The notes beneath the pieces are model-generated. The model saw only the letters and a program-made list of their open reading frames with translations, was not told the origin of the DNA and did not search any database. DNA of 49,190 bases, the filler included, from Sphacelaria rigidula (lineage: Eukaryota): assembly GCA_964200075.2 (NCBI GenBank). It is 3 parts of 3 records of this genome, joined end to end, with 100 filler letters (N's around TTAATTAATTAA, not from the genome) between each part and the next. Parts side by side here need not be neighbours in the genome. Positions count along the whole stretch, not along the records: positions 32,873 to 49,190 come from CAXNAA020001395.1; 2 more parts are not named here. The stretch is one strand, 5' to 3'. Of this stretch, positions 37,956 through 49,190 are shown one piece after another. A program made the position numbers and the translations under genes. Positions within the stretch are counted from its first letter, which is position 1, and every line of letters starts with the position of its first letter.

Positions 37956-40900
37956 TGCAGCTTTGGAGACGGTGCCAGCAGGCAAGAAGCACCACCGACA
38001 CCGACTCCAACACCTAGGTTCATACCTGCTACTAACCCCTATGCTCCAGGAGTACCGTCGAGCAGGAAGTCTCCCAATCCCAAAAAGTCTGCGCGCAGTA
38101 ATAAGGGCAGGTCGAAAAGTAGTGCTCCCAAAACTGCTACTGGTAGCACTAGCAAAGGCGGCCGCCCACCTGGGGTGCCCAATGCACCTAGGACCAAAAG
38201 GGCCTGGTGCGAACAAAGATGGAGGTTCACAGCAGAGTTCGTTGCGCAGCTTTTTTTCCAGTGGCAGCGATGATAACGCAGCGGGCGATGGTTCTCGAGC
38301 AATGCGGGCGGATACGGAAGGGCAGGAGGGATCATGTTCTGCTTCAAGCTGCAGAGAGAATCCAGGGCAAGGCGCAAGTGCAGGAGACGGAGCAAATGAC
38401 GGCGGAAAGAGAGAAAAGAGGAATGCCAATGACGGGGGGGAAGCAGGAGGCGGCGAAAGGCGTAAAAGAAGCGGCGGCTACGGTGGCAGCACCGCGGAGC
38501 CTGCAGCGCTCGAACGCAGTAGTGCAAGCAGCGGTACAGGTGCTCCCGGAAATATAGGACCATCGCTACGCCTCTCGCAAGTCCAGTCTGCATGGGTACG
38601 CGAGGTCAAAGCTAAGGTGGACGCAAGCTTTGCGCACGAGCGTGGGGGCGTTGTGAAGAAAGATTCTGGCAGGTTCCCGTATAACGGGGGATGGGCTATT
38701 CCACCGCTGCCTAGTGCGCAACAAGGCTCAGGTAGGACATAAAGGTTCGACACCTGTCCGTTTGCGGAAGCCTAAATATAAACAGTACACGAGTATTTCC
38801 ACAGTAACCACGTTCTTGCCCACTCTGTGCAAGAGTGCGATGTGCGTATGTTATCGTATCACCGATTGGGCACCTTCTAGGTTTTGTTGCTTGCACTTGA
38901 TGCTTTCAAAACGCGCAGAACTTCACCATGTACTGTGTTGAGCTTGCCATCTGTAAAGTATTTTGCAAATGTAAGCGTACAAGTGCTCACCCTCTGTGAC
39001 CTCGCTTCTACTGTTCGCCGTGCTACCTGTCCCCAGGTCCGCCGCCCGTCAACCCCTTTTATCTAAAAAGGGTGTTTTTGTGGATTCCTGAATTCATCTG
39101 GCCCGAGATCAAGCACATACCTTGCCCCACTTGTGGAGGTGCTGGGGCGTCGGACGGTTGGAACCGGCAGCAGCCGAGACGAGTTTTTCTCGAGGATGGC
39201 ATCTGCTATCTCACAGGCTACAGGTACAGCGGAGCGGTACGATAGGCGTGAGGGGTTTCTGCGTTGCTTACTTTTGAAGAGCTTGCTTCTCGTGCGTTGG
39301 TGTGCATCTTCGAGGGATGATGAATGATTCAACTACCGATTTTCTGTGCTCCCGCTGCATCGTTCATATGTTTGATATACCTGTGATACGTGCAAGAAGG
39401 CGAACGGCGACAAAAGACCGACTGATCCCGGGTACAGAAATTGGTCATTTAACGCTTGGGACGACGGGGTGTTGGCTCGCCTGCCTCCTTTCATCGCCAA
39501 CGAATTCCCCTTCATCTTGACAAGGAAAAGTGGCATTTCCAAGGCCGTAGTGGATCGCTTAACGGACGACTTGCTCAATGGAAAGGGTTTTTCGGCGGCA
39601 GCGAGATTTATTGCCCAGTCTCACCACACGACGTACATGGACCGGTACAAGAGCTATATCCACCTTGCCAACTATCGCAAGAACAACATCCACGGGTTCT
39701 TCGAACGACGGGGAGGGGGTGGAAGTGTGCCAAAGTTTGGGGGGTTCGGCGACAGATAGGGCTTCAACTGCGCCGTCCCATCAGATGGATATCTACGAGA
39801 TGTATGGCGTCGGTGGTTCCACGACATTCCCGTCATGCATGTGAGTAATGTTTTTTCCTCGGCGTACGAACGACCGATATCGCGGTAATTTTCGTTGCCC
39901 TGCTGCGACTTGAATTTTCTCCCGCATAGCCAAGGTCCATACGCTGTCGTGCTCACGATTTGATGCCATCTTCTTGCCGCCCAGTCTCAAGTTTCCGTGG
40001 CCGCGCTGTTTCAGGTCGATGGCCGCAGTTGGACCAGAGAGGAATACATCCAACGTAGGGGGCAAATGATGGATGGAGTCATTTTGGCAGGTGACGCCTC
40101 CTTCAAGTATGCCAAAATCATCCGGCTAGTGCCTGGATACGGGTTGCAGCATACGCGACCTATCCACGGAATCTTCACCATCATGAACGAATACGAACAG
40201 GTGACGCTTCCTTTCTCATTGACTTGTGTCGTTTGTGCCAACTTCCAGCCGGTCAGTAGCTGTTGCTCTGCTGTAAACGTCTCGTTTCACACTATGCCGC
40301 TAATATCCAGTTGAACACGGTACACAATTTTTTGTGGTGTCGAACTACACGCTTTTGTGCAGGTTGTGTTTCAGAAGGCGATGAAAACTGCATCTGTACA
40401 TGATCTCAAGAACGACCTCAAAAGCCTCTTCGTCAACCGCTACATAGGACATGGGTTCAAGCTACCGGTCTTGTTTAGCACAGGTGATAAAATGTCAAGG
40501 GGCATTTTGTGTTGCTCGAGTATGTGTTTCTTGCTGCCACTGTCCAGCTTTGGGGGGAAATTGTATTTGATTTTGCTCTTTCGGTGCTGGCAATGTTCGT
40601 TTGACGGCTGTTGACACAACTACGTTTCCCCCGTCCGCTGCACAGACGAGTGTTGTCAGGATCGTCTCATGTTCGTGGCTATGTTCCGGGAGATCGAAAT
40701 TGAGACGGGGGTTCGGTTGTACGAGGCAGAGGAAGAAGACGTGAGCCACGAACGCGCACCTCTGCCCGCGCTAGCACTACCAGATGATCCCGAAAAGATC
40801 CCGGTCGTCGCTTGGGATAAGGACGCCATCAACCATGCGGTGATCCAGCTCCGGCGTGGGTGCGAGAGTCAGGGAAATGTGTTGGGAATGGACTGCGAGT

Positions 40901-43900
40901 GGGAGCCATCGTTTGATGGAAGCCCAGAAACTCCGGTTTGTACAATCCAACTTGCCCTACCAGACGGCGCGACGTTTTTGTTTCACTTGCAACGTGGTGT
41001 AATCAAGACAACCACTGCCAATTTCAACGGCGCCCTCAAAAACCTGCTAGAAGATGCCGGCATCGCAAAGGTGATTATGCAGTATGCGTTCTAACGTGCC
41101 ATCCTTTTCCACCATGGAGCGCCTACGTAAATGGTGGTGACTGTCAACATGAAGATTTATATCCGCTGTTCGACCCTTGTTTTTGCCTCACTTCATTTTA
41201 GTGTATAACATTTGTCAGGTCGGGGTCGCTATCAAGGCCGACGCCACACGCCTGGAAAAACATTACGGCGTCGAAACTGCCAACGTACTGGACCTTCGCT
41301 CGTACGCGCGATCATGCTGGGTGACTGTGCTACCTCGAGGCCTTGCGGGGATGGTGCACGCGGTGTTAAAAAAGACCCTCTCGAAAGAGCCGGCCGTGCG
41401 TTTCTCTGTGTGGAGCGGCCGTCAGCTCAGCACTGCACAGGTGAGATTTGCTTGAGAGCCACCGCGAGGTACCACAAGTGACGCGTACTCGGTGTTTTTG
41501 CTGTTTCTTGAACAATGCTCCTGTCATCACGGATATCCTGCTCTTGCTGCCTCCATTTCCCCCCCTCCGTCGCCGTTGAAGGTGAAATACACCTGCTTAG
41601 ATGCGTATGCCTCCGTGCTTCTCTTTCAAGAGATGGGAAAGTTCAGGGACTCCATCCTGAACCCTGCTCCCAACTGTTTAGAGTCCGGAGTGAAGGTAAG
41701 AAACTTTACTGCGTAATTGTCCATTTTGTGCGAGGTGTAAGGTTCTGTCGGCGCGTTTTGTTCGTGCCCACACTATTGTCTAAGTTTACATCACTGTTCG
41801 TCCTCTCTCTTGAAAAATCATCATCCAATATCCTAGGTGAGACTCTACACCAAGAATCACGCCGAGTGCGTGGGTGTGGGCGAGGTTGTCGTTTCAGATG
41901 ATGCCGACAGGTGGCTTCAGCTGATGCATGGTACGGCAAGTAAACTCCTGACGCTTCGGGGGATACATAAGCAGCAGGTGCGGGTGGTGGTTAGAATCAC
42001 GGAAGCCCTCCGACCAGAAAAGTACACACTGCACAAAGAATATCCTCCGGCGGCAGCGTCGGACTCCGCGCGACCAACCGTGAAGGAAGTGAAGGATGGC
42101 GACGGATTTACCCTGTGGGATGTGGCTCACCTTCGCCTCCTTTCGGACCACAGGCCCTTCACGGGTGCAGCAAACGCATGCGATCCACATGTGTCGAGTG
42201 CTTACACCGACGGTGACTTCTTCGAGCAGCTAATACTACCACCCCGCGTCGTACGTCTAGGTGAAAGTTCATGATGATGTTAACACGATTGTCTGTATCC
42301 CGTCACACACTCCGGCTGCCCATCGCCGCTCTTGACGACCTTTGTTTTGTAACTCTCGCTAGCACGTCTGTTTTCTTGGTTCCACAGGGGATGACAACGA
42401 CGATGATGATTATGATGACGCGGACGACTATGAGACGTGGTCAGACTTCTCTGACAGCCGGGGCAAGCTGGACTGCAGCAACGAAACTGCTGATGCTGTG
42501 GCTAACGAGGTCCGTCTACTCACTCTTGCGACGTGTGTATATATATACACATATTTCTTGCGATCTGAGTTGCGTTTCCGGCCTCTCTTCCTCTGCTCGA
42601 CCTCATTTATCGCGTGCTGTGGTTCTTATTTTGCGACACGGTTGAACAGGCTTATGGAGAGAAGGTGTTTTCAGTGCGCCTCGACCTATTCCATGCGCTG
42701 AATCGCATCTCTCGCGTTATCAAGAAGAAGCATGGCGCGTTCCGGCCGTTCATGGCACGCCTTCGCGATGCCTGTTTTCTCATCAACAAAGAAGACATTG
42801 AACAGGCAAGTACCACTACCTGTATGTATCGTGCGCCGCGCATCCATCCTTCAATAGCTTCCTTCTCTTGATCGTTGATAGAGGTTTGTCTCATCAATTT
42901 TCCAACCGCTCCTCCGACCCAGGTGGAAGAAATGCTGATGAAGCGCGGCTGTAGTGCTGATGAGGTGGCAAAGATGAAAGAAAGGGATTGGTCCTTCTTC
43001 CTCAGGCACTGCCGCCGCCGTGTACCGCCAAGGGATCAGTTACTGGAGCGATTTGACAAAGCTGTTGAACAGTTCGGTTCTGTCGTGGACAGCGACTCCG
43101 GAGAGCCACTACTTCGTCCCATTGGCAAGGCGGCTGTCGATAGGCTGCGCAAGCACATTGTTGCGGGCTGTTTGAGCGATCCAGACGGCGTGGCAATGTA
43201 CTATTCAACGGGCAAGACCCGGGACGGGCTTGCTAGCTTTCGCTGTGTGCGGGGCACCAATGCCACTGAGGTGAGAACGTAGACACACCTTTTTTTCATT
43301 GACGGCGGAGCTGCCAAGCTGTGGTAATGTCTGTGTGTCGGCTCAGTTATTGCTAGCTGCATTTTTGTTACCCCCGTGAGAAATCATCGAAGAACATCCA
43401 CTACTGGATGCATTTTGTTATGTATGCTTGCGTTGGAGATGGTTCCAACAACAGAGACGCCTCTTTCGCGCACTTTTGCCTTTCCGTGTCATGACACCAG
43501 GGCTATCATCGCTATCTGCGGACCTTACTCGCTTCGTGCTGTGCGTCTCCGGCGATTGCGCATTCCATCCTGCTGGAGTTTAATTATCGGTGGAACATGA
43601 GGATGGCAATGGCAAACAGATACCTACCCGAAGAATACGGGGGGCACTTCAACCAGTTCGACATAGAAGTCGTTCAGCGTGTGACTGACCAGTGGTACCC
43701 AGACAGCCCTCTATTTCCAGACTGGCCTGCTGCTATCGATTGTGTAGACACAGGGGAGAGAAGTGGGCTTGCTCGAAGCGTGTGGGGTGGGGGAGGAGAG
43801 GGTTCGGAGGAGGGAATGAACTTAATTCAGGAAGGTTTTATCGGGGAACTCCGCGACATTGGTAGCATTCGTGAGCCGGTGCCGTTCGCAAGGCTCACCC

Positions 43901-44751
43901 ACTCCACCAAGCTCTACGCGAAATTGACAGGCGCTGGTCTGCCGGAGCTCCCGGTGGCCACGCCGGCAGAGAAATGGAAGTTTGATACAGAGCTGCGGCA
44001 TAACTATTTCCAGCACGGAGATCTCATGGGGAGGCAGCAGGTGTATCAACGTCTCAACTTTGATGCTTGGGCTGTGAAATGGAACGAACACTGCTCCAAG
44101 ATTGAAAAAGGCGTGATACCGCACGAGAATATCAACCGCAAGACAGCGAAGCAGCTGGAAACGTACTACGAGGAGTTCAAGACTCGGGTAAATTGCACGC
44201 TGACGATGCAGCCTGTCAAGCAAGGGAACGCCAACCTCAGAGCTCAGCTTCAGATTCCGGCGCCGCCTGAGGATTTTGCGGACTCTGTAAGCCGCGCGCG
44301 GCCTTTGCCTCTTCCTCGCCGTCAGACCTGGCAACAGCAGGGTGGGTCGACCTCACAACGGGAGGGTGAACCGTCTGGGAGCAACCCCGGGATAGTAGTT
44401 GGCGTAGGGGGGACTGCGGAGCCAAAATCTCCTGTGCCAGTTGCGGGAGGAGGTGCCGCCGGTGGTTCGAGTAGTGGAAACGCCAGCACAGCGAAGAACA
44501 CCGCACGGCGGCGAGGGCAGAAAACCTGTCAAGAGTGCGGGCACTTCAGTATGATCGGCATTTACGCCAGGAATCATCACCCCAGGCTCGGCAGCGGTTG
44601 CAGTGTAGACGAAGAAAAAAAGAGACTTGAAAACGAGAGGTTGGGCAGGAAAGATCGCCGCTATAGCGACAAATGCATGTTCCTCCCATGCGATTGTGAT
44701 GACTGCCGGACTGCTTTAGCTGCGTACAATGCGAAATTGAAGGGAGACTGA
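37956..44751 (+). pseudogene. Dada-type DDE transposase with inserted DEDDy 3'-5' exonuclease, spliced, disrupted
   Basis: Exons ~37956-38731, 39037-39223, 39375-39840, 40015-40200, 40363-40483, 40646-41070, 41219-41440, 41582-41695, 41837-42260, 42388-42509, 42650-42805, 42923-43270, 43501-44751, all phase-consistent from 39037 on. Motifs: CPTC..CDTC; D1 in LAGDASFKYAK (40093); D2 in FSTDECCQDR; DLFH (42683); E in RGTNATEGYH (43268); C-terminal CQECGH. Lesions: in-frame TAG at 39757, TG instead of AG acceptor at 39373-74, and a probable frameshift near 38195. The start codon is uncertain. Confidence 0.85.
40800..41640 (+). other. DEDDy (DnaQ/WRN-like) 3'-5' exonuclease domain within the transposase
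   Basis: Exo I VLGMDCEWEP (D 40891, E 40897), then TIQLA, Exo II KVGVAIKAD (D 41240), W..RQLSTAQ and Exo III KYTCLDAY (Y 41588, D 41600), spread over three exons. All catalytic residues are present. Confidence 0.9.
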
Positions 44752-45212
44752 GTGCGTGTTTTGGTCAAAGTATCTATAGCTCTTTCTCCACGGTCATATT
44801 TTCTGGCTAAGAGAATGATGTGTCGCCCTCGACGGCACATTTATGGGTTTCATGTGTAGGATGCTCTGAACGTGTGTAACATGACAACTTACGAGTACAG
44901 TAGTATTAAATATGTAGGATTGGCAGTGTAAATGAGGAGTTTCGGGTTTCATGAGTAGCACAAGAATAAGTACATCAGCTCCAGTATAGTAGCACATGTA
45001 TGTTGGGTTGTGGTCCCTCGCTCTGCGTGTACTCTAAATATTGGTTTTTCTCGTCTGTATTACCCATACATGCGGTATCCAATGCTTCCTGGAGTCGGCA
45101 TCCCATCGGAGGTCGTACATGTTTCTATCAATAATTGATGATGAGGTGATGACTGAGGTATCTATGTTTGACAAATAGTTTACACGGTCATTTCTACACA
45201 CATATATTTATT

Positions 45213-45645
45213 CCGACATCCACAGGCACATGCACTTCGCTTGTCATGCACAAACGCGGTGGTTCCACACGTGCGCACAGCACACGCACACAGCATGGGC
45301 GCCTGGCGCTGGAGAATGGAGCACGACACGGCCTACGCACGTGGATATTGGCCCCCAGGGTTCTCCCGTTTTAGTTTGTAGTTGATCTTGAATGTACTGA
45401 CTCGAGTACTCATGTTTCACGGCTACTTTGCGCCTTCTATTCTATACGCTATATACTTCTAGTGCGCAAATGTTTTTAGTATGCTCTTGTTCCGACATCC
45501 ACAAGGAATATCGCATTTCGCTCACCATGCACAAACGCCGTGGTTTCACACGTGTACGCAACACATGCACACAAGATGAGTGCCTGGGGTCAGGAAAATG
45601 GAGCATGGCACGAGCCATGCGCGTATAATTTGGCCCAGGGCTCTC
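45213..45645 (+). repeat. Diverged ~150-bp direct repeat pair inside the right end of the Dada-like element
   Basis: TTCCGACATCCACA..CATGCACAAACGC.GTGGTT.CACACGTG..AATGGAGCA..GGCCC..AGGG.TCTC occurs at ~45213-45365 and ~45490-45645. Confidence 0.8.
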
Positions 45646-46294
45646 GCGCTTCGCGCGAGAGTTTAATTATTTTATAACGACCCGTACCCATGAGCTCGGT
45701 GCCTGGCAGGTCGATTGAAGCAAATATGAGAAAACGTGGTGAGAGGCGAGCACACGCCACTATAGCGACCGTGTGCTAACTGCGTGAACGAATGGGGTGG
45801 CCTGGCTCTGGAGCCATTTACAGCTCTTTTAGCGGACGATTGATGATAAAATCGTACTTAGGGTGCCACCTTTGAAGTTCAGACCAGCTACTTGTACAGT
45901 CACCGCTTATATTGCACATACTGTACTGTAGTCCTGCTACTACAGTATACTGTTGCACTCCCTGCCCGTTCTCTCGGGGGAACGCTTCAACTCTCCTTCT
46001 ACAGTGTTATTGCCGTAGTACCGTACCACTGATCTGGGCGATCTCTCAAGGGATGACAGCAAGCTTGTTAATTACCCTTCTTGTGCGGTAATTGTGCCTT
46101 GTCGACGCACAATCGCGGTGTAGATTATTGTGACTGGTGCTTCAGAGAGGGCTGACAACCAGAGCTGAGGCGAGCTGCTGGATGTGTTGCATGACAAGTT
46201 TGTTGGAAAAAATATGCCAGAATTTTGACTCGGATCCACCCCAGTCCAAACAGTCAGGCATATCTAGGGAGGGGCCAGGCCTGCGGTCCTTTAA

Positions 46295-46393
46295 CCCTTC
46301 GACCGCGAGAGTAGTCTTTCTGGAATCATGCACACTTTTTTTCACTTGAAATTGATGCCGATTCAACTGAAGACTAACCTCGCGGTCTGAGGG
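46295..46393. mobile_element. piggyBac-like MITE (same family as 8001-8107)
   Basis: TTAA|CCCTTCGACCGCGAG ... CTCGCGGTCTGAGGG|TTAA. Confidence 0.85.
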
Positions 46394-49190
46394 TTAATCC
46401 CACTCCAAAATCAAGATTTCCGCTGTCGACCGTCCAGGGACTTTTATCCTCCACTTACTGACCAACCTTCCTTCGATCATCCCAAAAATGATCAACTCAT
46501 GTACAGTAGATAAACTGTGCAAGCGATGACTGACAACGGAGAAGGTAGTATAAGCGCAGAGGTCTTGCCTTGGATGGAAGGAAAACGATTTTGAGAGCAG
46601 CCTGAACGGAAAGCAGAGCGCGCGACTGACGGCAAAAAAGTTGTAAAAGATGAGGAAGCTGCAACAATAATCGCGCGGTTGGAGTCGGGAATTTCTGACC
46701 CCAACAAACGTGAGTGCGACGGTCCCGCAACTCCGACATCCTGTACGGCCCCTGCCAAACAAGATCTTCTCTTGCTCTCCCGACACCATCTTCTCTTGGC
46801 AGTAACAGAACCTCCTCTATCGCTTCCTAAGGGATTCGATGGTTTCCTCCACATCATTCCGGTGGTGTTTACTCAATACCACTCTCAAGAAAAGAAATCG
46901 TTCGCTCGACGACGGCAAGAAACTTGAACTTACAACCTGACCACAGGAGTAAAAGGTTTTTTCATGGAGCTCAAAGTACGGGCTTCTGTCATCACGTTTG
47001 CGGGTACGATGTCATCGACCGCGTCGGTTTCGCTGATACTTGTGCTTGTGGTGAGATCCGCTGACTGGACCAGATTCCCAGAGTAACGACAGTCAGTAGT
47101 TGCGCCGCCCGCGTGTACAGTACAAGAACTGGTCCGCCAGATTCAACTTACAATCTACATCATCCAACTAATAATACATCACGGCATGCAGTCAACGACA
47201 GTGGTTTGACGTGTCCTTTCCACTTACATGGCAAAATATTCCACAAGTGGGCTGCTTTCCCTGCTTTCCCCTGCTGCAGCAGCCGCTTGGCAACGCGTTG
47301 CAACCGTCGCAGGTCTGGTGTCAGTAACATGTTTCGATCCAAATTTCCACCGACACCGTTTGCACTCTCTGCTCACTGCGCCGATCCCTCCGAATTGAAG
47401 CGCGAGGGTGCCCGGAGCGCTCACCAGAGTGGAAAATAGCGCCCATACCAGTGTTGTCCAGCACACCATGCAAGAGCGGCACCCGAGCGCACTGCTGTCT
47501 GTATTGCTGGTGTCCACTATACTGAGCAAATGCTATACAATTTGCAATCAATAGACTCGAGCATTCTTCGAAATGGAAGTGTGTCATTTGCCAAGCAGCT
47601 GTATTTTTGGTCGTGTTCTATTTTCGGAGGTTCAAATCTTTGGATACATGAATTTTTGGTCGTGTTCTTGTGGATCCACAAGAACAGGGCGAATACTGGA
47701 AAGATTTGTTCATGGGGACGTTTTTTGCTGAAAAGATTCATGTGAACTGTTGTGAACAAAGGGTATGACTCTTGCAGCTAGAGTTGCTAGAGTCATACCC
47801 TTTGGTTGTGAATCCTGAATCATAATAATATGCATGTGTGAGCCAATGCGCTTGACTTTCAGCGTAGTGTGCCCTTGTGATTTTCCCCCGAAGGCCCCAA
47901 TCACGTACTACTCGTGTTATCTATATTATGGCGATCGACTCCAGGGAGGTTGTTGTTTGACGTGTTCGCGGGCATGTAGTGATCGTGGGGCAAAGCAATG
48001 GCACGCAGCTGCTGATGCTTTCATCCAGACCGACCCTCCGGATATACACCACGTAAACAGACGAAATTGAAGCAGAAAGTTGTTAATAGTGTTTTTGCAA
48101 ATAGCACGGCAGTTGATCGTCCAGGAAAGCGAGAAGGCAGCGCCACGAGCAGAGGTGACCATCAGCCGTCATCCTCTATCCCGCGTTTGAGGGCACCACG
48201 TCGCCGAGCGGCGCCCATGGAAAGCGTAGCGTGGATAAATCAGATATTTGTTCTGATTCCATTCATGGTCCGTGTGTATGTGTGCACCGAGGGGATTCTC
48301 CAAGCTAACCCAGCCCCATCCGCATACTCTGGGGAGGTATATCCCACCTGTGCAGGAAGACACCACAAGCTACCGATTGATTTGTACCGAGCCGCGGTGG
48401 GCTGTGAAGATTATATACTAAATATCAAACAGATGCGCCCAAGATCGCAGCCTGCGGTACCCTGGGCTCGTAGTACAGTGCGCCCATCTATGCCGCCGCT
48501 TTCCCAGTGATCGTTGCTATGCTGACTGTTCCGTCATTCGTGAAGAAAGACGTTACACGAGGCTATAGATTGAGAGCGCCTACGCGTCACCACACAGCAC
48601 CAACTATGTGACTCTATTACACATCACCAGGAAACTCACAGAACCAATTTGTTGACGTATTGGTGAAATTTATCGTGTTGGTGTGACGGGCAACACCAGT
48701 ACAGTACAGTACAGTACAGGGAGTAGTACTGTCGGACTGTCCGTCATGAGGCGGCAAAATTGTGTCATGCATGGTGCAGAAGACGCCGGGCCCAGAAATA
48801 AGAAAATTACATCGACTCCAGAAATTAGATTATTTTACGGCTGTGAACTGGCGTCTCTGGTCAGTTTGACCTGGTCGCGCCAGCGGCCAGTTAAAAACTG
48901 ATGTATTTTCCCAGTTAAGCAGCGTCGCCGGTTAAATAAATGGCGACACATCAACGGCGAGCAGTGAAACTGCGAGCCTCAACGCCCCCCCCCCCCGGCT
49001 GGTTGAGCGGCAAGAAAAAAATGCGATACTTAGCTTGTGCGCTCACTTGAAAAATATTTCCCTATCGTGGTGTCTATAAACCTGTCACGAGAAAAGACAA
49101 CGTGAGTCATCACTAGTTGGGGTCCTAGGGCTGAAGCTCTCAGGAGCAGGGCGGCGCGTGTACTGCGCCAAGTTGATAGGGGGTTTTAGT

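Larger units (their letters stand above)
37549..45702 (+). mobile_element. Dada-superfamily-like DNA transposon (~8.15 kb)
   Basis: Perfect 14-bp subterminal inverted repeats CATGGGTACGGGTC (37565-37578) and GACCCGTACCCATG (45679-45692). Flanking near-duplication CTGGTA (37543-37548) / CTGGCA (45703-45708). Encloses a DDE transposase gene with a DxxH motif and an internal DEDDy exonuclease, the architecture I recall for algal and fungal Dada elements. Exact ends are uncertain by a few bp. Confidence 0.8.

Noticed and set aside
45702-45710. CCTGGCAGG as a U1 snRNA target
   Set aside because: It matches a U1 5' segment, but ATACTTA is absent from the left flank and no U1 stem-loops or Sm site follow.
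46400-48900. Short ORFs downstream of the transposon
   Set aside because: No recognisable motifs and no consistent exon chain. They cannot be supported without a database search.

Overview
Eukaryotic, intron-rich genomic DNA. Short GT-AG exons in kb-size, repeat-laden introns and the transposon content suggest a brown alga or other stramenopile (inference). Most ORF-track entries are noise, so genes were rebuilt by splicing. The window is three contigs joined by artificial N44-TTAATTAATTAA-N44 linkers (16338-16437, 32773-32872). Contig 1 holds 8 phase-consistent exons of a kinesin-1 (KIF5/KHC-like) motor domain. Contig 2 holds the 3' end of an SH3 plus Pro-rich gene and the 5' part of a gene with a papain-like GW..GHA..N..G.GYH motif. 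Contig 3 holds the main finding: an ~8.15-kb Dada-type DNA transposon (~37549-45702). It encodes a spliced ~1600-aa DDE transposase with a DEDDy 3'-5' exonuclease and an extra beta-rich domain inserted in the catalytic core. It has 14-bp subterminal inverted repeats and a 6-bp near-TSD whose empty site rebuilds a tRNA D-arm/A-box. This copy carries inactivating lesions. Introns and intergenic DNA contain many small TIR elements (TTAA/piggyBac-like, TA/Tc1-mariner-like, 8-bp-TSD hAT-like, foldbacks) and microsatellites.
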